DNA of 64,000 bases from an uncultured Lentisphaerales bacterium (GTDB taxonomy: Bacteria > Verrucomicrobiota > Kiritimatiellia > RFP12 > CAYQJG01): positions 9,291 to 73,290 of the forward strand of contig CAYQJG010000010.1 in NCBI GenBank assembly GCA_964417715.1, written 5' to 3'. The notes below the pieces were generated by a model that saw nothing but the letters and a program-made list of their open reading frames with translations, searched no databases and was not told the DNA's origin. The translations under genes and the position numbers were made by a program. Position 1 is the first letter of the stretch. Each line of letters starts with the position of its first letter. Shown here piece by piece: positions 1 to 9,600 of the stretch.

Positions 1-452
1 TCACGGCGCCGAACAACTCGGGGTGCGCCGGCGCGGGGTGCTTCCGTATCGCCGATGCAAAGGCCGAATCACTGCGCGTGATAACCGACCACTTTCCCCA
101 TTGGTTCGGGCCGAAGTTGCGCAGCTACGCGGATGATCCCAGCCGCCTGCCGTTCGATCTGCACACGCTGAAGGCGTGGGTGGCGCCACGGTCGCTGCTG
201 ACAACCGAAGCGCTGGGCGACCTGTGGGCGAACCCGTTTGGAACCTGGCTGACACACCTCGCCGCGGCTGAAGTCTACGCCTTTCTCGGCGCACGCGAGA
301 AGCTGGGCATCGTCTACCGCGAGGGCGGCCACGCACATGGCGCCGCCGACTGGAAGACGCTGCTGGACTTCGCCGACTGGCAGTTCCGCGACCGGAAGCC
401 CGGTCGTCGCTTCGATGTCAGCCCCTTCACCGGGGCCCTGCCTACTTCATGA
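1..452 (+). CDS. 3' part of a gene truncated by the window edge; frame is open back to position 3; C-terminal region ends ...REGGHAHGAADW..., possibly an alpha/beta-hydrolase/esterase-like C-terminus
   Basis: Track ORF 78..452 is in a frame with no stop codon back to the window start, so the product most likely continues upstream. No family could be assigned confidently. Confidence 0.35.
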   Translation, partial: TAPNNSGCAGAGCFRIADAKAESLRVITDHFPHWFGPKLRSYADDPSRLPFDLHTLKAWVAPRSLLTTEALGDLWANPFGTWLTHLAAAEVYAFLGAREKLGIVYREGGHAHGAADWKTLLDFADWQFRDRKPGRRFDVSPFTGALPTS

Positions 453-1311
453 TCGCCGTCTTGCTCGGGCTGCTGCGGCCCTCAAGCTGCGGCGGTCGGT
501 TCTCAAGCGCCGCCAGGGAGATCTCGACATCCTCGGCGGCTTCCTCGGCGGTAAGACAGCCGACCGTAACCATGTCGCACGGACGGATCGTGTGCCAGGA
601 GAAGGTCAGTCCCACGAACGGCGAGACGCGTCCCGCTGCCATCGCCTTGATCGTCATGACCGGCTTCTTCGCGCCCCAGATCACCTTGTGAATGTACTCA
701 ACCTCAACCTGCATCAGGAATCCCACGCAGTTGAAGATCTGCACGTAGGTCTGAACGTCGTAGTCGTTCTTGTCGGAGTAGACGATCAGTTCGGGCATGT
801 GTGCGGAGAGGCCCGGGATCATGCCCTCATCACGGATCATCTTGAGATAGTCCGGCAGCCGTTCGATGGTCTGTTTGTTCTTGTTGACGAGTTGCTCGGC
901 CGATGAGTGGTGCGGGAAGCAGAACGTGGCGCCAAGCTTCTTGCTGGCCGCGATGACCTTGGCCGCCTCGGCTCGGGCTGCAGTGTTGTTGTCAACGTTG
1001 AGCACCGGCGTATCGACCAGAATCAGGCGCTTGCCCACACGGTCCTCGGCCATCTTGATGCCGGCCAGCAGGCTGGTCTTGCCCTCGAACGGGCCCATGA
1101 TCGTATCGACGCCGGACCGAAGGAAGACTTCCAGCAGGTCGGCGATCGTGCCGGCCTGCTCGTGCCGCCGACGGATCAGACAGTCAGCCGCCGAACCGGT
1201 ATGGCTGTAGCCGAGTATCCAGTTTGTGCCGATGACCATTCGCGAGAGGGAAACGCCGCCAACCAGCGTGCGGGGGAATGTCGCAGACATGGGGACTCTC
1301 CTTAAGTGCAA
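442..1311 (-). CDS. hypothetical enzyme (289 aa); weak aldo/keto-reductase-like N-terminus (R.LG..G..VS...IG), family uncertain
   Basis: Long ORF with balanced composition. The antisense ORFs (337..906, 866..1210, 907..1305) are lower-complexity and R/A-rich. There is no signal peptide. Confidence 0.45.
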   Translation of the reverse strand: MHLRRVPMSATFPRTLVGGVSLSRMVIGTNWILGYSHTGSAADCLIRRRHEQAGTIADLLEVFLRSGVDTIMGPFEGKTSLLAGIKMAEDRVGKRLILVDTPVLNVDNNTAARAEAAKVIAASKKLGATFCFPHHSSAEQLVNKNKQTIERLPDYLKMIRDEGMIPGLSAHMPELIVYSDKNDYDVQTYVQIFNCVGFLMQVEVEYIHKVIWGAKKPVMTIKAMAAGRVSPFVGLTFSWHTIRPCDMVTVGCLTAEEAAEDVEISLAALENRPPQLEGRSSPSKTAIMK

Positions 1312-1330
1312 TGGCCAGTATCATACCCGC

Positions 1331-3250
1331 CTACTTGCGCTTGGCAAGCTTGGGTTCGAAGGCGCGCAGGCTGCGCTCGAAGGAGCGCTGAAGTTCGGTC
1401 AGATGCTTGGGCACCTCGCCTCCCTGCGCCGTCTCAACCCAGAACCGCCGTACGCCACTCGCATCAAGCTGGCCCGCCTTGGCAACCGTCTGTGCCAGGC
1501 GCGCGAGAGCCGCGCCAGCCCGGGCATCCTGTTCCTTGGCCATCATCTGCCGCACCCAGGCCAGCGTCGCAGCCTGATCCACAACCACCAGCGTCTCGCA
1601 GACGCGCACGTAGGCATTCAGCGCATCCAGCCGCCGCTGCTGCGTTTCCGAGCGCTCGACCAGTGCGACCAGTCGCATCTGGAGTTCGCGCAGAACGACG
1701 ACTTGCGTGTCGGGCAGGGGCGACCGGGTCGCTACCGACACGCCGTAGTCAGAGAAAGGATCGCGGACGTCGTCTGTTGTGCCCGCCTGACCGTCCGGGC
1801 CAACCGGACCATACGCGATGAAGAAGCCGATCGGCTCCAGATTTGCAGTGATCCCGAGCAAGGGTCGGAAGCCATTGAACACCACGGCCTGCGTTACCGT
1901 CTCCAGTTGGTCAACCGGACAGCGCCGCAGCGCGTCGGCGAACTGCGCGAGCGCGGCGCGCGGGTCGGCTGCGTAGATCCTCGCCCACCCGCGTTGCAGC
2001 GCGGCGGCCGTGCCGTCGCCCAGCGTGGGAGCGGCCGCGTCAAGAGCCTTGCGACGTTCGGCATAGTCGGGGTAGGCGACCTCGTTCAGGGGGTTGGTCG
2101 CATCGTCGGCCGTACCGGCCACACCGTCTCGTCCGTTGGGGCCGTAGCGCCGCACGATCATCAAGGCATCGGCATGGGCCGATTTCGGACCCTCCTTGGT
2201 ACGCCAGATATCGGCCAGCCGGTTGACCTGCCGCTCGACAGTCCACACATCGCGGCATGCATCCAGGGCCACCCGGCCCGCCCGCAGGGCATCGTCGTAT
2301 CGCTTCTGCGCCACCATAACGTCCACCAGGCGGTCCTGCGCCTCCGGCCAGCGGTCCCGCACCGTCGGGTGCGCCGTGAAAACACGTTCGAAAGCCGCAG
2401 CGGCGGCCACCAGATTGGTCTGGCGCAGCCAGGTGTCGGCCACGCCGTAGCACCACTTCTGGCGATTGAGGGGGTCGGTGTCCGCGACCTCCAACTGGCC
2501 GAGACAGCGGCGCGCTTCGTCTAGCCGTTTGAGTTGCAGCAGCGCGGCCACGTAGAGGTCGCGCCGCGCCGTGAGGTCGCTGTAGCGCATCGCCTCCTGA
2601 TAGCGTGGCTCGATGAGTTCCTTCAGCGCCTCAAGGCGCGCTTCGGGTCTCCCGGCGCGGCCGGCTGTGTCCTGCATGAACCAGAGCGCCTCAACGCCCA
2701 GGTTGGCATTGGCGGCGTCCGCCGCGATGGCGGCGCGCGCCGACTGCATGGCTGCATCCCATCGGTTGGTCCGCGCCTCGAAGCGCGCGACGCGCAGCAG
2801 GGCCTGCGCACAGGCCCCATGGTTTTCCGGACGGCGCACCGCAAAGCCCTTCAGTGCGGCGATGGCGTCGTCCGGTCGCTGTTTCCAGTTCCAGTAGGCG
2901 TCGGCTTGCAGGAAGACGGCGCGGCGGTCGGTGTCGGCGTCCTTCGGAAAAGCCAGGCGCATCGCTTCGGCCACGGCAATCAGGTTCGTGTGAGCGCCCC
3001 TGCGGCTGTGGATATCGGCCATGATCTCATACGCCCGCGCCTTCTGTTTGGCCGTGACCTTGGGAGCTGACAGCACATCGCGGCACGCGCGCAGGGCTTC
3101 GGTCTGCGCGGCAGCATCACGACCCCGGCGTTGGTCGGCGTCACGCAGGAGGGTGTCGAGGGGTGTCGCAGCAAGGACGGACCGCGCGAGAAGCAGACAG
3201 ACGACCGCGCAGGCACACCCGACGCCCGAAGTCCGGTTTCGTCGCCTCAT
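1331..3250 (-). CDS. secreted TPR-like / alpha-helical repeat protein (639 aa) with N-terminal signal peptide
   Basis: Hydrophobic N-terminus (MRRRNRTSGVGCACAVVCLLLARSVLAA). The body is A/L/R-rich helical repeat sequence. Its ATG overlaps the stop of the next gene (3247..3250). Confidence 0.6.
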   Translation of the reverse strand: MRRRNRTSGVGCACAVVCLLLARSVLAATPLDTLLRDADQRRGRDAAAQTEALRACRDVLSAPKVTAKQKARAYEIMADIHSRRGAHTNLIAVAEAMRLAFPKDADTDRRAVFLQADAYWNWKQRPDDAIAALKGFAVRRPENHGACAQALLRVARFEARTNRWDAAMQSARAAIAADAANANLGVEALWFMQDTAGRAGRPEARLEALKELIEPRYQEAMRYSDLTARRDLYVAALLQLKRLDEARRCLGQLEVADTDPLNRQKWCYGVADTWLRQTNLVAAAAAFERVFTAHPTVRDRWPEAQDRLVDVMVAQKRYDDALRAGRVALDACRDVWTVERQVNRLADIWRTKEGPKSAHADALMIVRRYGPNGRDGVAGTADDATNPLNEVAYPDYAERRKALDAAAPTLGDGTAAALQRGWARIYAADPRAALAQFADALRRCPVDQLETVTQAVVFNGFRPLLGITANLEPIGFFIAYGPVGPDGQAGTTDDVRDPFSDYGVSVATRSPLPDTQVVVLRELQMRLVALVERSETQQRRLDALNAYVRVCETLVVVDQAATLAWVRQMMAKEQDARAGAALARLAQTVAKAGQLDASGVRRFWVETAQGGEVPKHLTELQRSFERSLRAFEPKLAKRK

Positions 3251-5349
3251 CTCGCCACGCTCGCTTCCTGCACGGTTTCGCTGCGGTTGAGAATGAAACG
3301 GATGTCATCGATCAGGTACGTGCGCTGCGTGGCGCTGTCGCCGCCGAAGACGACCCAGCCAAACTGCTCGGGCATGAACTCCTCGGCACCCTCAAGCAAC
3401 GTGGCCAGCGGCACGGTCACACGCCGGTACGCCGTGGGGACGACGGCACCGCCCGCGATGAATCCGCCTGCAATGATCGGCACGGCCGGAGTCGTCGTGG
3501 GAAACGCATCGTTACGGTTGTCGCGCAGGCAGACAAACAACTCACCGTCCGCCGGGCCCTGTGAGCGGATCAGGAATGACAACGCGTAGTAATCCGAGAC
3601 GTTGCGGGTCGTACGGCTTCCGAAACTCGTCTGCCATGCGCCGGGACCCACGTTCAACTGCAGGTACCAGGTGCCCAGTGCCGCGCGCTTGGCGTCATTG
3701 ATGACGCCTCCATCGACGGTCCCCTCGCCCGTGCGCAGTTGCAGCCCGCCGCGCTCGTTCCAGAAGCTGAAGCTCTCGGGCCGCACGTACAGAGCGAAGA
3801 CGCCCACGCCGCCCGCGGCGCTGCCCTCGGAGACGCGTGCGGTGACCGCGACCGGCAGCCCCCCGGGCCATGCGGGGCGCCAATCATCAGGCCACCGCTT
3901 GAGGCGCTCGCGGGTCACCGCGAACGCGGCCCCAAACACCCCGTCCCGCGCCGCACCATCGCCATGGGCGCCGTCGTCATACAGCGGGCTCTGCGGCGAC
4001 TGGTTCAGACGGCTGAGATCAACGGTGACCGCCACCGGCGTGCCCGCGGGTGCCGTCACACGGGCCTGGACGGTAATGTCGCCATCCGGCACCGCGCCAT
4101 CCAGAACGCGCAGTTGCGCAACCAGGTCGGCTGCGGACGTGAGAATCTCCTTCGACACGGCCAGCTCCCTCAAGTCCTCATCCAGCGTCCGCCAGCGGTC
4201 ATCGTCAAACACAGTCGCGGCGACCATCAACACAGACGGCGTCACCGCCACGTGGTCCACGCGAAGCGGGCCATCCGGACGTCCCAGCCACAGGACGCCA
4301 TTGATCGCCCCGTAGAATGTCACTCCGCCTGCATTGGCCCGGATACGCGAATCCTCACTCACGAAAGCCCCTGTAAAGAGCCCCTGACTCGGCGTTGTGG
4401 ACGTCGCCAGATCACTGGTGGTCGTCACGAACCCGCGTTGGGCCGGTTCGTATAGGCAGGCAATCTCCTCATCCGCATGCCGACCCCACGCGATCCCGGC
4501 GCTGAACCATTCGTGATCGCTCCCGCCCAGCGACTCGACCACTCCGCTGCCGCTGATCCGGAGCACGCCCCTATCGAGCGTCGTGACGTAGAACGCATCC
4601 GTCAGACGCGCGCGCGCACCATCGGTCGGCAGAATGTTTGAGACGAGCCGCTGCCAGAACATGCCCAACATCGGGGCATAGTAGACTCCCGTGTTGTCGG
4701 GGTCATTCTTCTCGGCCGCGAAGAGATAGATGCCGCGCTGGCCCGGCAGGCCCGCAAACAGGCGTGTTACATGGTAGTCGGCCGCGGTGGTCGTCCATGC
4801 CGTCTCGTCGATGCTGCCGCGCGACAGTCCCCGGCCACCGGCCCCATGTGCCGCCAGCAGCGTGCGGAGGAAAGGGTCGCCCGGGTAGAAACACAGCGAT
4901 GTGACAGCGTCCGACGCCAGTCCGCCGACCTGAGATCCGATCCGGCGTGCTGTCCGCCCCCCGTCGGTCGACACCCAGATGCCGGCTGCGCGGGTGCCCA
5001 GGGCGAGGGTCTCGGGCTCGCCGGGGCGAAAGGCGATGTCGGTGATGTCTGCGGGTCTGGCCAGCGTGCTCAGTGGCAGGTGGCGCCACGTCATTCCGGT
5101 GTCGTCACTCCGCCACAGACCATCGGCGCAGAGGGCATAGACAATGGCATCCGCCTCGGTATGCGGGAAGACGGCGCGCACGTTCTGAATCGCCCCGGAC
5201 ATGCTCCAGGTGATGGCCGTCGGCAGGTGGACGCCATCCGTGTTGCGCGGCAGCCCTTTGACAAATGTGAAGAGCGTATTCGTGCCGGCGAGGACGGGCA
5301 TGCCGAGCACGATCAGCGACAGGCTGGCGACATACCGAACACCGAACAC
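3247..5349 (-). CDS. secreted BNR/Asp-box repeat (sialidase/propeller-like) protein with C-terminal beta-rich domain (700 aa)
   Basis: Signal peptide. There are Asp-box-like motifs (WRSDDTGMTW, WVSTDGGRTA). The C-terminal part looks like a carbohydrate-binding or jelly-roll domain. Confidence 0.6.
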   Translation of the reverse strand: MFGVRYVASLSLIVLGMPVLAGTNTLFTFVKGLPRNTDGVHLPTAITWSMSGAIQNVRAVFPHTEADAIVYALCADGLWRSDDTGMTWRHLPLSTLARPADITDIAFRPGEPETLALGTRAAGIWVSTDGGRTARRIGSQVGGLASDAVTSLCFYPGDPFLRTLLAAHGAGGRGLSRGSIDETAWTTTAADYHVTRLFAGLPGQRGIYLFAAEKNDPDNTGVYYAPMLGMFWQRLVSNILPTDGARARLTDAFYVTTLDRGVLRISGSGVVESLGGSDHEWFSAGIAWGRHADEEIACLYEPAQRGFVTTTSDLATSTTPSQGLFTGAFVSEDSRIRANAGGVTFYGAINGVLWLGRPDGPLRVDHVAVTPSVLMVAATVFDDDRWRTLDEDLRELAVSKEILTSAADLVAQLRVLDGAVPDGDITVQARVTAPAGTPVAVTVDLSRLNQSPQSPLYDDGAHGDGAARDGVFGAAFAVTRERLKRWPDDWRPAWPGGLPVAVTARVSEGSAAGGVGVFALYVRPESFSFWNERGGLQLRTGEGTVDGGVINDAKRAALGTWYLQLNVGPGAWQTSFGSRTTRNVSDYYALSFLIRSQGPADGELFVCLRDNRNDAFPTTTPAVPIIAGGFIAGGAVVPTAYRRVTVPLATLLEGAEEFMPEQFGWVVFGGDSATQRTYLIDDIRFILNRSETVQEASVAR

Positions 5350-5365
5350 GGCACATCCTCTCGCT

Positions 5366-6445
5366 TCACTTCACGTCGGCGCCGACCGGCTGCAATTCGG
5401 GCCGGCCCAGGATCACGCGCCCGGCGCGGAAACCCGGTTCGCCTTCGACGGCACCTGCGACGGGCTTGTGGCCGGCGGCAGTCACCGCCGCCACGCCCGC
5501 TTCGCGCCCCGTGTCCTCCAGAATGGCGTGTTCCGTTACGACACGCTGCCCCGAGACCGGCACCGCGCCCGCTGCGGGCGGCCCGAGGGCCACGACCGCG
5601 TCGGCTGCGTCGGCCTGGCTGGCCGGATCAAGCACGCGCCCGCCGTCGGTGGCCGCGCCCCCGCCGTAGAGCTTGCGGAAGATGCGAACGGACTCGCGAC
5701 CATCCACGCGCCACCCCGTCTCCGTTTCCTGTATCCTTCGTATCCACATGGCCGTCTCACGCGCAGCCAGGTTGTAGGCTGCACCCAGACTGCCGGCTGG
5801 TGCACGCTCAAGCGCCAGCAGGAAGAACTCGCCAAAGACCGGCTCGGCGACCTCACCGGGCGCGTCCGCGGCCACAACCACGCGATCCGCTGCCGCCAGC
5901 CTGGATAGGGCGTCACCGGCCGATGCGCCGCAATGGATCACCACCTGGTTCCTGGCGGATACGGCGGCCAGCGCCTCACGCAACTCCGATGCCCGCACGT
6001 CGCGGCCAGGCAGAACGAACGTGGCGTCGCCGTCCGAGTTCTCGCCATGGCCGGCCATGAAAAGGATGAACTGCCCATCGGCCCCGGCCCGCGCGGCAAC
6101 GTTGCTGATCGTGCTGAGCACACATGCGGCCGTGGCCACCTGGCGGCCGTCGCCAGACTTGGTGTTCGGCGCCCCCGAAAGCATGACGATGTTCGTGGCC
6201 GGAACGCCGGCGCGTTCGACCAGATACGCGCGGAAACGCGTCGCCCAGTCCTGAAACCGGGCGGCGTGCCAGGGTGTGCCGGGCAGACCATCGACGATCA
6301 CGGCGTGACAGGCGGGGGCGGCGCTGACGGCGAGCGGAGCACATGCCAGGCAGACGGCGCACAGGACGGCGGCCAACCACGCGGCGCGCGCAACCACGCG
6401 CGCGCAGGCGGCGGAACTACAGACGGGGTCGACGCGAACATGCAC
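5366..6445 (-). CDS. secreted clan-CD cysteine peptidase-like protein (C13 legumain / GPI-transamidase-like His-Gly ... Cys dyad)
   Basis: Signal peptide. FILFMAGHGE ... VVIHCGASAG resembles the legumain pattern H-G ... (A/E)C.SG. Confidence 0.45.
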   Translation of the reverse strand: MHVRVDPVCSSAACARVVARAAWLAAVLCAVCLACAPLAVSAAPACHAVIVDGLPGTPWHAARFQDWATRFRAYLVERAGVPATNIVMLSGAPNTKSGDGRQVATAACVLSTISNVAARAGADGQFILFMAGHGENSDGDATFVLPGRDVRASELREALAAVSARNQVVIHCGASAGDALSRLAAADRVVVAADAPGEVAEPVFGEFFLLALERAPAGSLGAAYNLAARETAMWIRRIQETETGWRVDGRESVRIFRKLYGGGAATDGGRVLDPASQADAADAVVALGPPAAGAVPVSGQRVVTEHAILEDTGREAGVAAVTAAGHKPVAGAVEGEPGFRAGRVILGRPELQPVGADVK

Positions 6446-6455
6446 GGCGGATTCC

Positions 6456-7277
6456 TCAGTGACTTAGGAAGTAGATGATAATGTTGATGCCCATCTTGAT
6501 GGCCTGCAGATCCTTCTCGGCGCCGAAGAAACGGCACATCCACCCGCAATGAAGATCACCCGAGGTATTGACGGTCATGATCCGGCCGGTTCCGGGCTCG
6601 AACAGGCCGTACGCGCCGTTGTTCACCCCCTGCATATGCGGGCAGCCCTTTTCGAAATCGTAGTAAATATGAAACAGCTCGTGATCGTAAGGGATCTTCC
6701 GCATCGGGTTGTCCGGAAACATCTTCCCCATCCACTCATTGTACGCGCGGAAGAAGCGATCCTCCCCACGGAAGACGCAGTCATCGGCATGGATGAAGCC
6801 GCCGCGTTCCAGGAACTCGCGCATGTTCTTCTGTTCCTGCTCGGTCAGCACGAAAGACCCTTCGGATGTCATGAAGACGAACGGATGACGGGCCATGTCG
6901 TCGAAATCAGCCAGCGTCACCACGCGCGGCTCCTGGCTGACGTTGACGTTGGTCAGTTCGGCCAGCTTGTGGCGCAGGTAGACATCGCCAATCGGGCCGG
7001 CGTTCCAGCGGTCCGGGGTGTTGTCGGTCACGTCGAAACGCAGGCGCGGAAAGATGAACTGACCGGTCTTGACGGCCGCCGTTGCCTGTGCCGGCGCCTC
7101 GGCGCCTCGGGCCAGACCGCACAGCGAGGCCAGCCACGCACCACCCAGCACGCAACTGCCGCGCGTCAGGAAGCGGCGGCGAGACAGCGCCTCGATGCGC
7201 TCCACCGCGCCCGCCAGCGCTTCAGCGCGCTCCCCCATCTCGCGGTCATTCACGCGATGTTGTATCTGCGTTGCCAT
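6456..7277 (-). CDS. DUF4159-family protein with Tat-like signal (SRRRFLTRGS), terminal gene of the MoxR/vWA operon
   Basis: Internal Met68 of track ORF 6456..7478 was chosen as the start; the alternative Met81 gives 7238. The RR motif is followed by a hydrophobic stretch. DUF4159 is typically the last gene of PVC/Bacteroidetes Bat-like operons. Confidence 0.55.
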   Translation of the reverse strand: MATQIQHRVNDREMGERAEALAGAVERIEALSRRRFLTRGSCVLGGAWLASLCGLARGAEAPAQATAAVKTGQFIFPRLRFDVTDNTPDRWNAGPIGDVYLRHKLAELTNVNVSQEPRVVTLADFDDMARHPFVFMTSEGSFVLTEQEQKNMREFLERGGFIHADDCVFRGEDRFFRAYNEWMGKMFPDNPMRKIPYDHELFHIYYDFEKGCPHMQGVNNGAYGLFEPGTGRIMTVNTSGDLHCGWMCRFFGAEKDLQAIKMGINIIIYFLSH

Positions 7278-7317
7278 CCGTTGATGCTTCCCGTTTCGCG
7301 TTTCAGTCTGAAGCCCC

Positions 7318-9594
7318 TCACGCCAGTCCCTTGCGCCGGCGCAGCAACCACTCGGCGCCAAGCAGTACGAACAGGACAATGAGCAAAGCCGGCATATCCC
7401 ACAGGGCCAGGACCTCGGGGGTCGACCCGCGCCGTTGCGCCTCGTCCGCGTCGGCGCGCAACCGCTCGCCCAGACCATCCAACCGCGGATATTCGAAGTA
7501 AGCCCCGCCGGTTGTGCGCGCCATCTCCCGCAACAGGTCCCGCTTCAGGCCGGCGTTATTGTACTCCACCGTCGGTTCAGCCACGAGGAAGCCTTTCGTG
7601 ACTGGCTTCACGTCAAGTCCTTCGGCCTGGACAGCCACGGTGTAGTCACCTTCCATTTCGGGCACATAGCGGCAGCGATAGACGCCCTCCTCGGACAGCG
7701 TCCAGTCCATTGGGACCGGCTCGCGGTTGCCCAGCGGATCGGTGACCGTCGCCGTCACACGGGCGTCATTCAGCGGCCGCAGATCGGCACCGAAGACCGC
7801 CGCACGGATCTGCACCGGATCGCGGCGCGCATAGGTGTCGGCATCCGTCTCCACCGCCAGATGGTCGCGCGCGCCAACAACCAGCCAACGCACCATCTGC
7901 TTCCAGACGCGCTCATGGAACTCGTCGCTGGCGGGTCGCGACACACGCCAATACCAGGACCCACCCGACATGAACGCCGCGCTGCGTCCGGTGCCATAGT
8001 TCTGAACAGCCAGAATGGGCCGGCCCTGCTGATCGTCGCGCAACAGCAAGGTCGCGCCGGGCTTAACGCCGGCGAGCGGCGTCAGGCCGATCAGTCGCGG
8101 CGCGGATTCCCATTCGGCCCGGCTCTGCCCCGCATCGGGCGCGACGCGCATGACCGGGTGCTCCAGCGCGCCATCCGCCAGGCGAGCCGTGATGAGGTCG
8201 TCGGTGTAGGGCGCGTCGGTGGCCGCGATACGCACGGGCAACGCCTTCTCGACCAGTGTGCCGGCGTAGCCGCCCAGGCCAAAGGAGTTCACGCCACCCA
8301 GCATCAGCAACCCGCCGCCCCGCTCACGAACGAAGGCTTCGATCAGCCGGAGTTGCTCGGCGCTGAAGTACGACGCCTCAATATCGCCCAGAATCAGGGC
8401 CTGAAACTTGTAGAGTTGGTCGGCCGTGGTCGGGAAGCCTTCCGTGAGGTAGCCCTCGCCGCTGTCGGCGCCCTGCACGTAGAAACGCTTGGATGCCAAT
8501 CGCAGCAGACCGACGACGCGGAAGTCCGGATCACGGTACATGGCGCGACGCAGGAAACGGTACTCCAGGCGCGGACTGCCCTCAACATACAGCACGGGCA
8601 GGCGATCATCCTGGATCTCAAGCACGAATTCGCGCGCGTTGTTGGCGGTCAGACGCTCGTCCGCTGCAACCGGAATCTCGATTCGGTACGTGGCCGTGCC
8701 CTCGTGGTCGGGCGTGAACGCGAAGCGCACCTGCCGCGTGTCGGAGTCGGGATCGGGCGTGACACGCTGTGTCAGCAGGACCGATGTGCCACGACTGATC
8801 TGGACATCGAACGGCTCGGTATAGTCGGTATGCCGCACGGTGACCAGCACCTCGACCTCGCTGTTGCGCCGCACACGCCGGGGGGCGTCGGCGCGCACGA
8901 CCTCGAAATCGCGCGGCGGAGGCTCATGCCCGAGGCCGACTGTGTGCAGCGGCACGCCGCGTGCCTTCAGCAGGCGCGCGGCTTCGACCGCGCCGCCGCC
9001 CTGGTTGCGGCAACCGTCAGTCAGCAGCACAACCGAAGCCAGTGGCAGATCGCGCAGATCGGCCTCCGAATCGCGGATGGCGCGGAAAAGATTGGAATAC
9101 AGGCCCTCGTCCTTGGTCGTGCCCAGCGCATCCACCCGCCGTGCCTCACCATCGAAAGCATAGAAGACCGGCAGGCTATGACCGGCGATGGCGGACACGA
9201 GTCCGCCAGGCCATGCCGCCGCACCGTCGAGCACGTCACGCGCCGCCTGGCCACGAGTCATATCGGACCGGTTCGTGACGGCGTCGGCGATGGACATCGA
9301 GCGCGAGGTGTCCAGCAGGAAGGCCGTGAACGCTCCACCCTCGCGCGAATGCTGCACGCGCAAAGCCGGCATGCCCAACAGAAAGGCCAGCACCGCCAGC
9401 GTGGCCAGCCGCAGCCCCAGCAGGGTCTGGCGCAGCCGCTCGGGCACGCGCCCGCGCACACGCCGGTAGAGCAGCCAGACGAGACCGGCCAGGGCCGCGA
9501 AGACCAGCAGACGCCATTCGCCCGGAACGGGGCTGAGGAAGGCGAACTCGCCATCGCGGAACGTTTGGAAACCGTATTTGAGCAACCAGGTCAT
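7318..9594 (-). CDS. membrane protein with vWA domain and GATase1/ThuA-like (DUF1355-type) domain, C-terminal TM anchor (758 aa)
   Basis: There is an N-terminal TM segment. A FLLDTSRSM vWA MIDAS-like motif is present. The middle domain is DJ-1/ThuA-like and the protein ends with a C-terminal TM helix. It is part of the MoxR operon. Confidence 0.65.
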   Translation of the reverse strand: MTWLLKYGFQTFRDGEFAFLSPVPGEWRLLVFAALAGLVWLLYRRVRGRVPERLRQTLLGLRLATLAVLAFLLGMPALRVQHSREGGAFTAFLLDTSRSMSIADAVTNRSDMTRGQAARDVLDGAAAWPGGLVSAIAGHSLPVFYAFDGEARRVDALGTTKDEGLYSNLFRAIRDSEADLRDLPLASVVLLTDGCRNQGGGAVEAARLLKARGVPLHTVGLGHEPPPRDFEVVRADAPRRVRRNSEVEVLVTVRHTDYTEPFDVQISRGTSVLLTQRVTPDPDSDTRQVRFAFTPDHEGTATYRIEIPVAADERLTANNAREFVLEIQDDRLPVLYVEGSPRLEYRFLRRAMYRDPDFRVVGLLRLASKRFYVQGADSGEGYLTEGFPTTADQLYKFQALILGDIEASYFSAEQLRLIEAFVRERGGGLLMLGGVNSFGLGGYAGTLVEKALPVRIAATDAPYTDDLITARLADGALEHPVMRVAPDAGQSRAEWESAPRLIGLTPLAGVKPGATLLLRDDQQGRPILAVQNYGTGRSAAFMSGGSWYWRVSRPASDEFHERVWKQMVRWLVVGARDHLAVETDADTYARRDPVQIRAAVFGADLRPLNDARVTATVTDPLGNREPVPMDWTLSEEGVYRCRYVPEMEGDYTVAVQAEGLDVKPVTKGFLVAEPTVEYNNAGLKRDLLREMARTTGGAYFEYPRLDGLGERLRADADEAQRRGSTPEVLALWDMPALLIVLFVLLGAEWLLRRRKGLA

Positions 9595-9600
9595 GGCGGT

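Noticed and set aside
442-1311. Confident aldo/keto reductase assignment for the first full gene
   Set aside because: Only the first approximately 30 residues resemble the AKR N-terminus. The hallmark catalytic tetrad context was not evident. Kept as a hypothetical enzyme.
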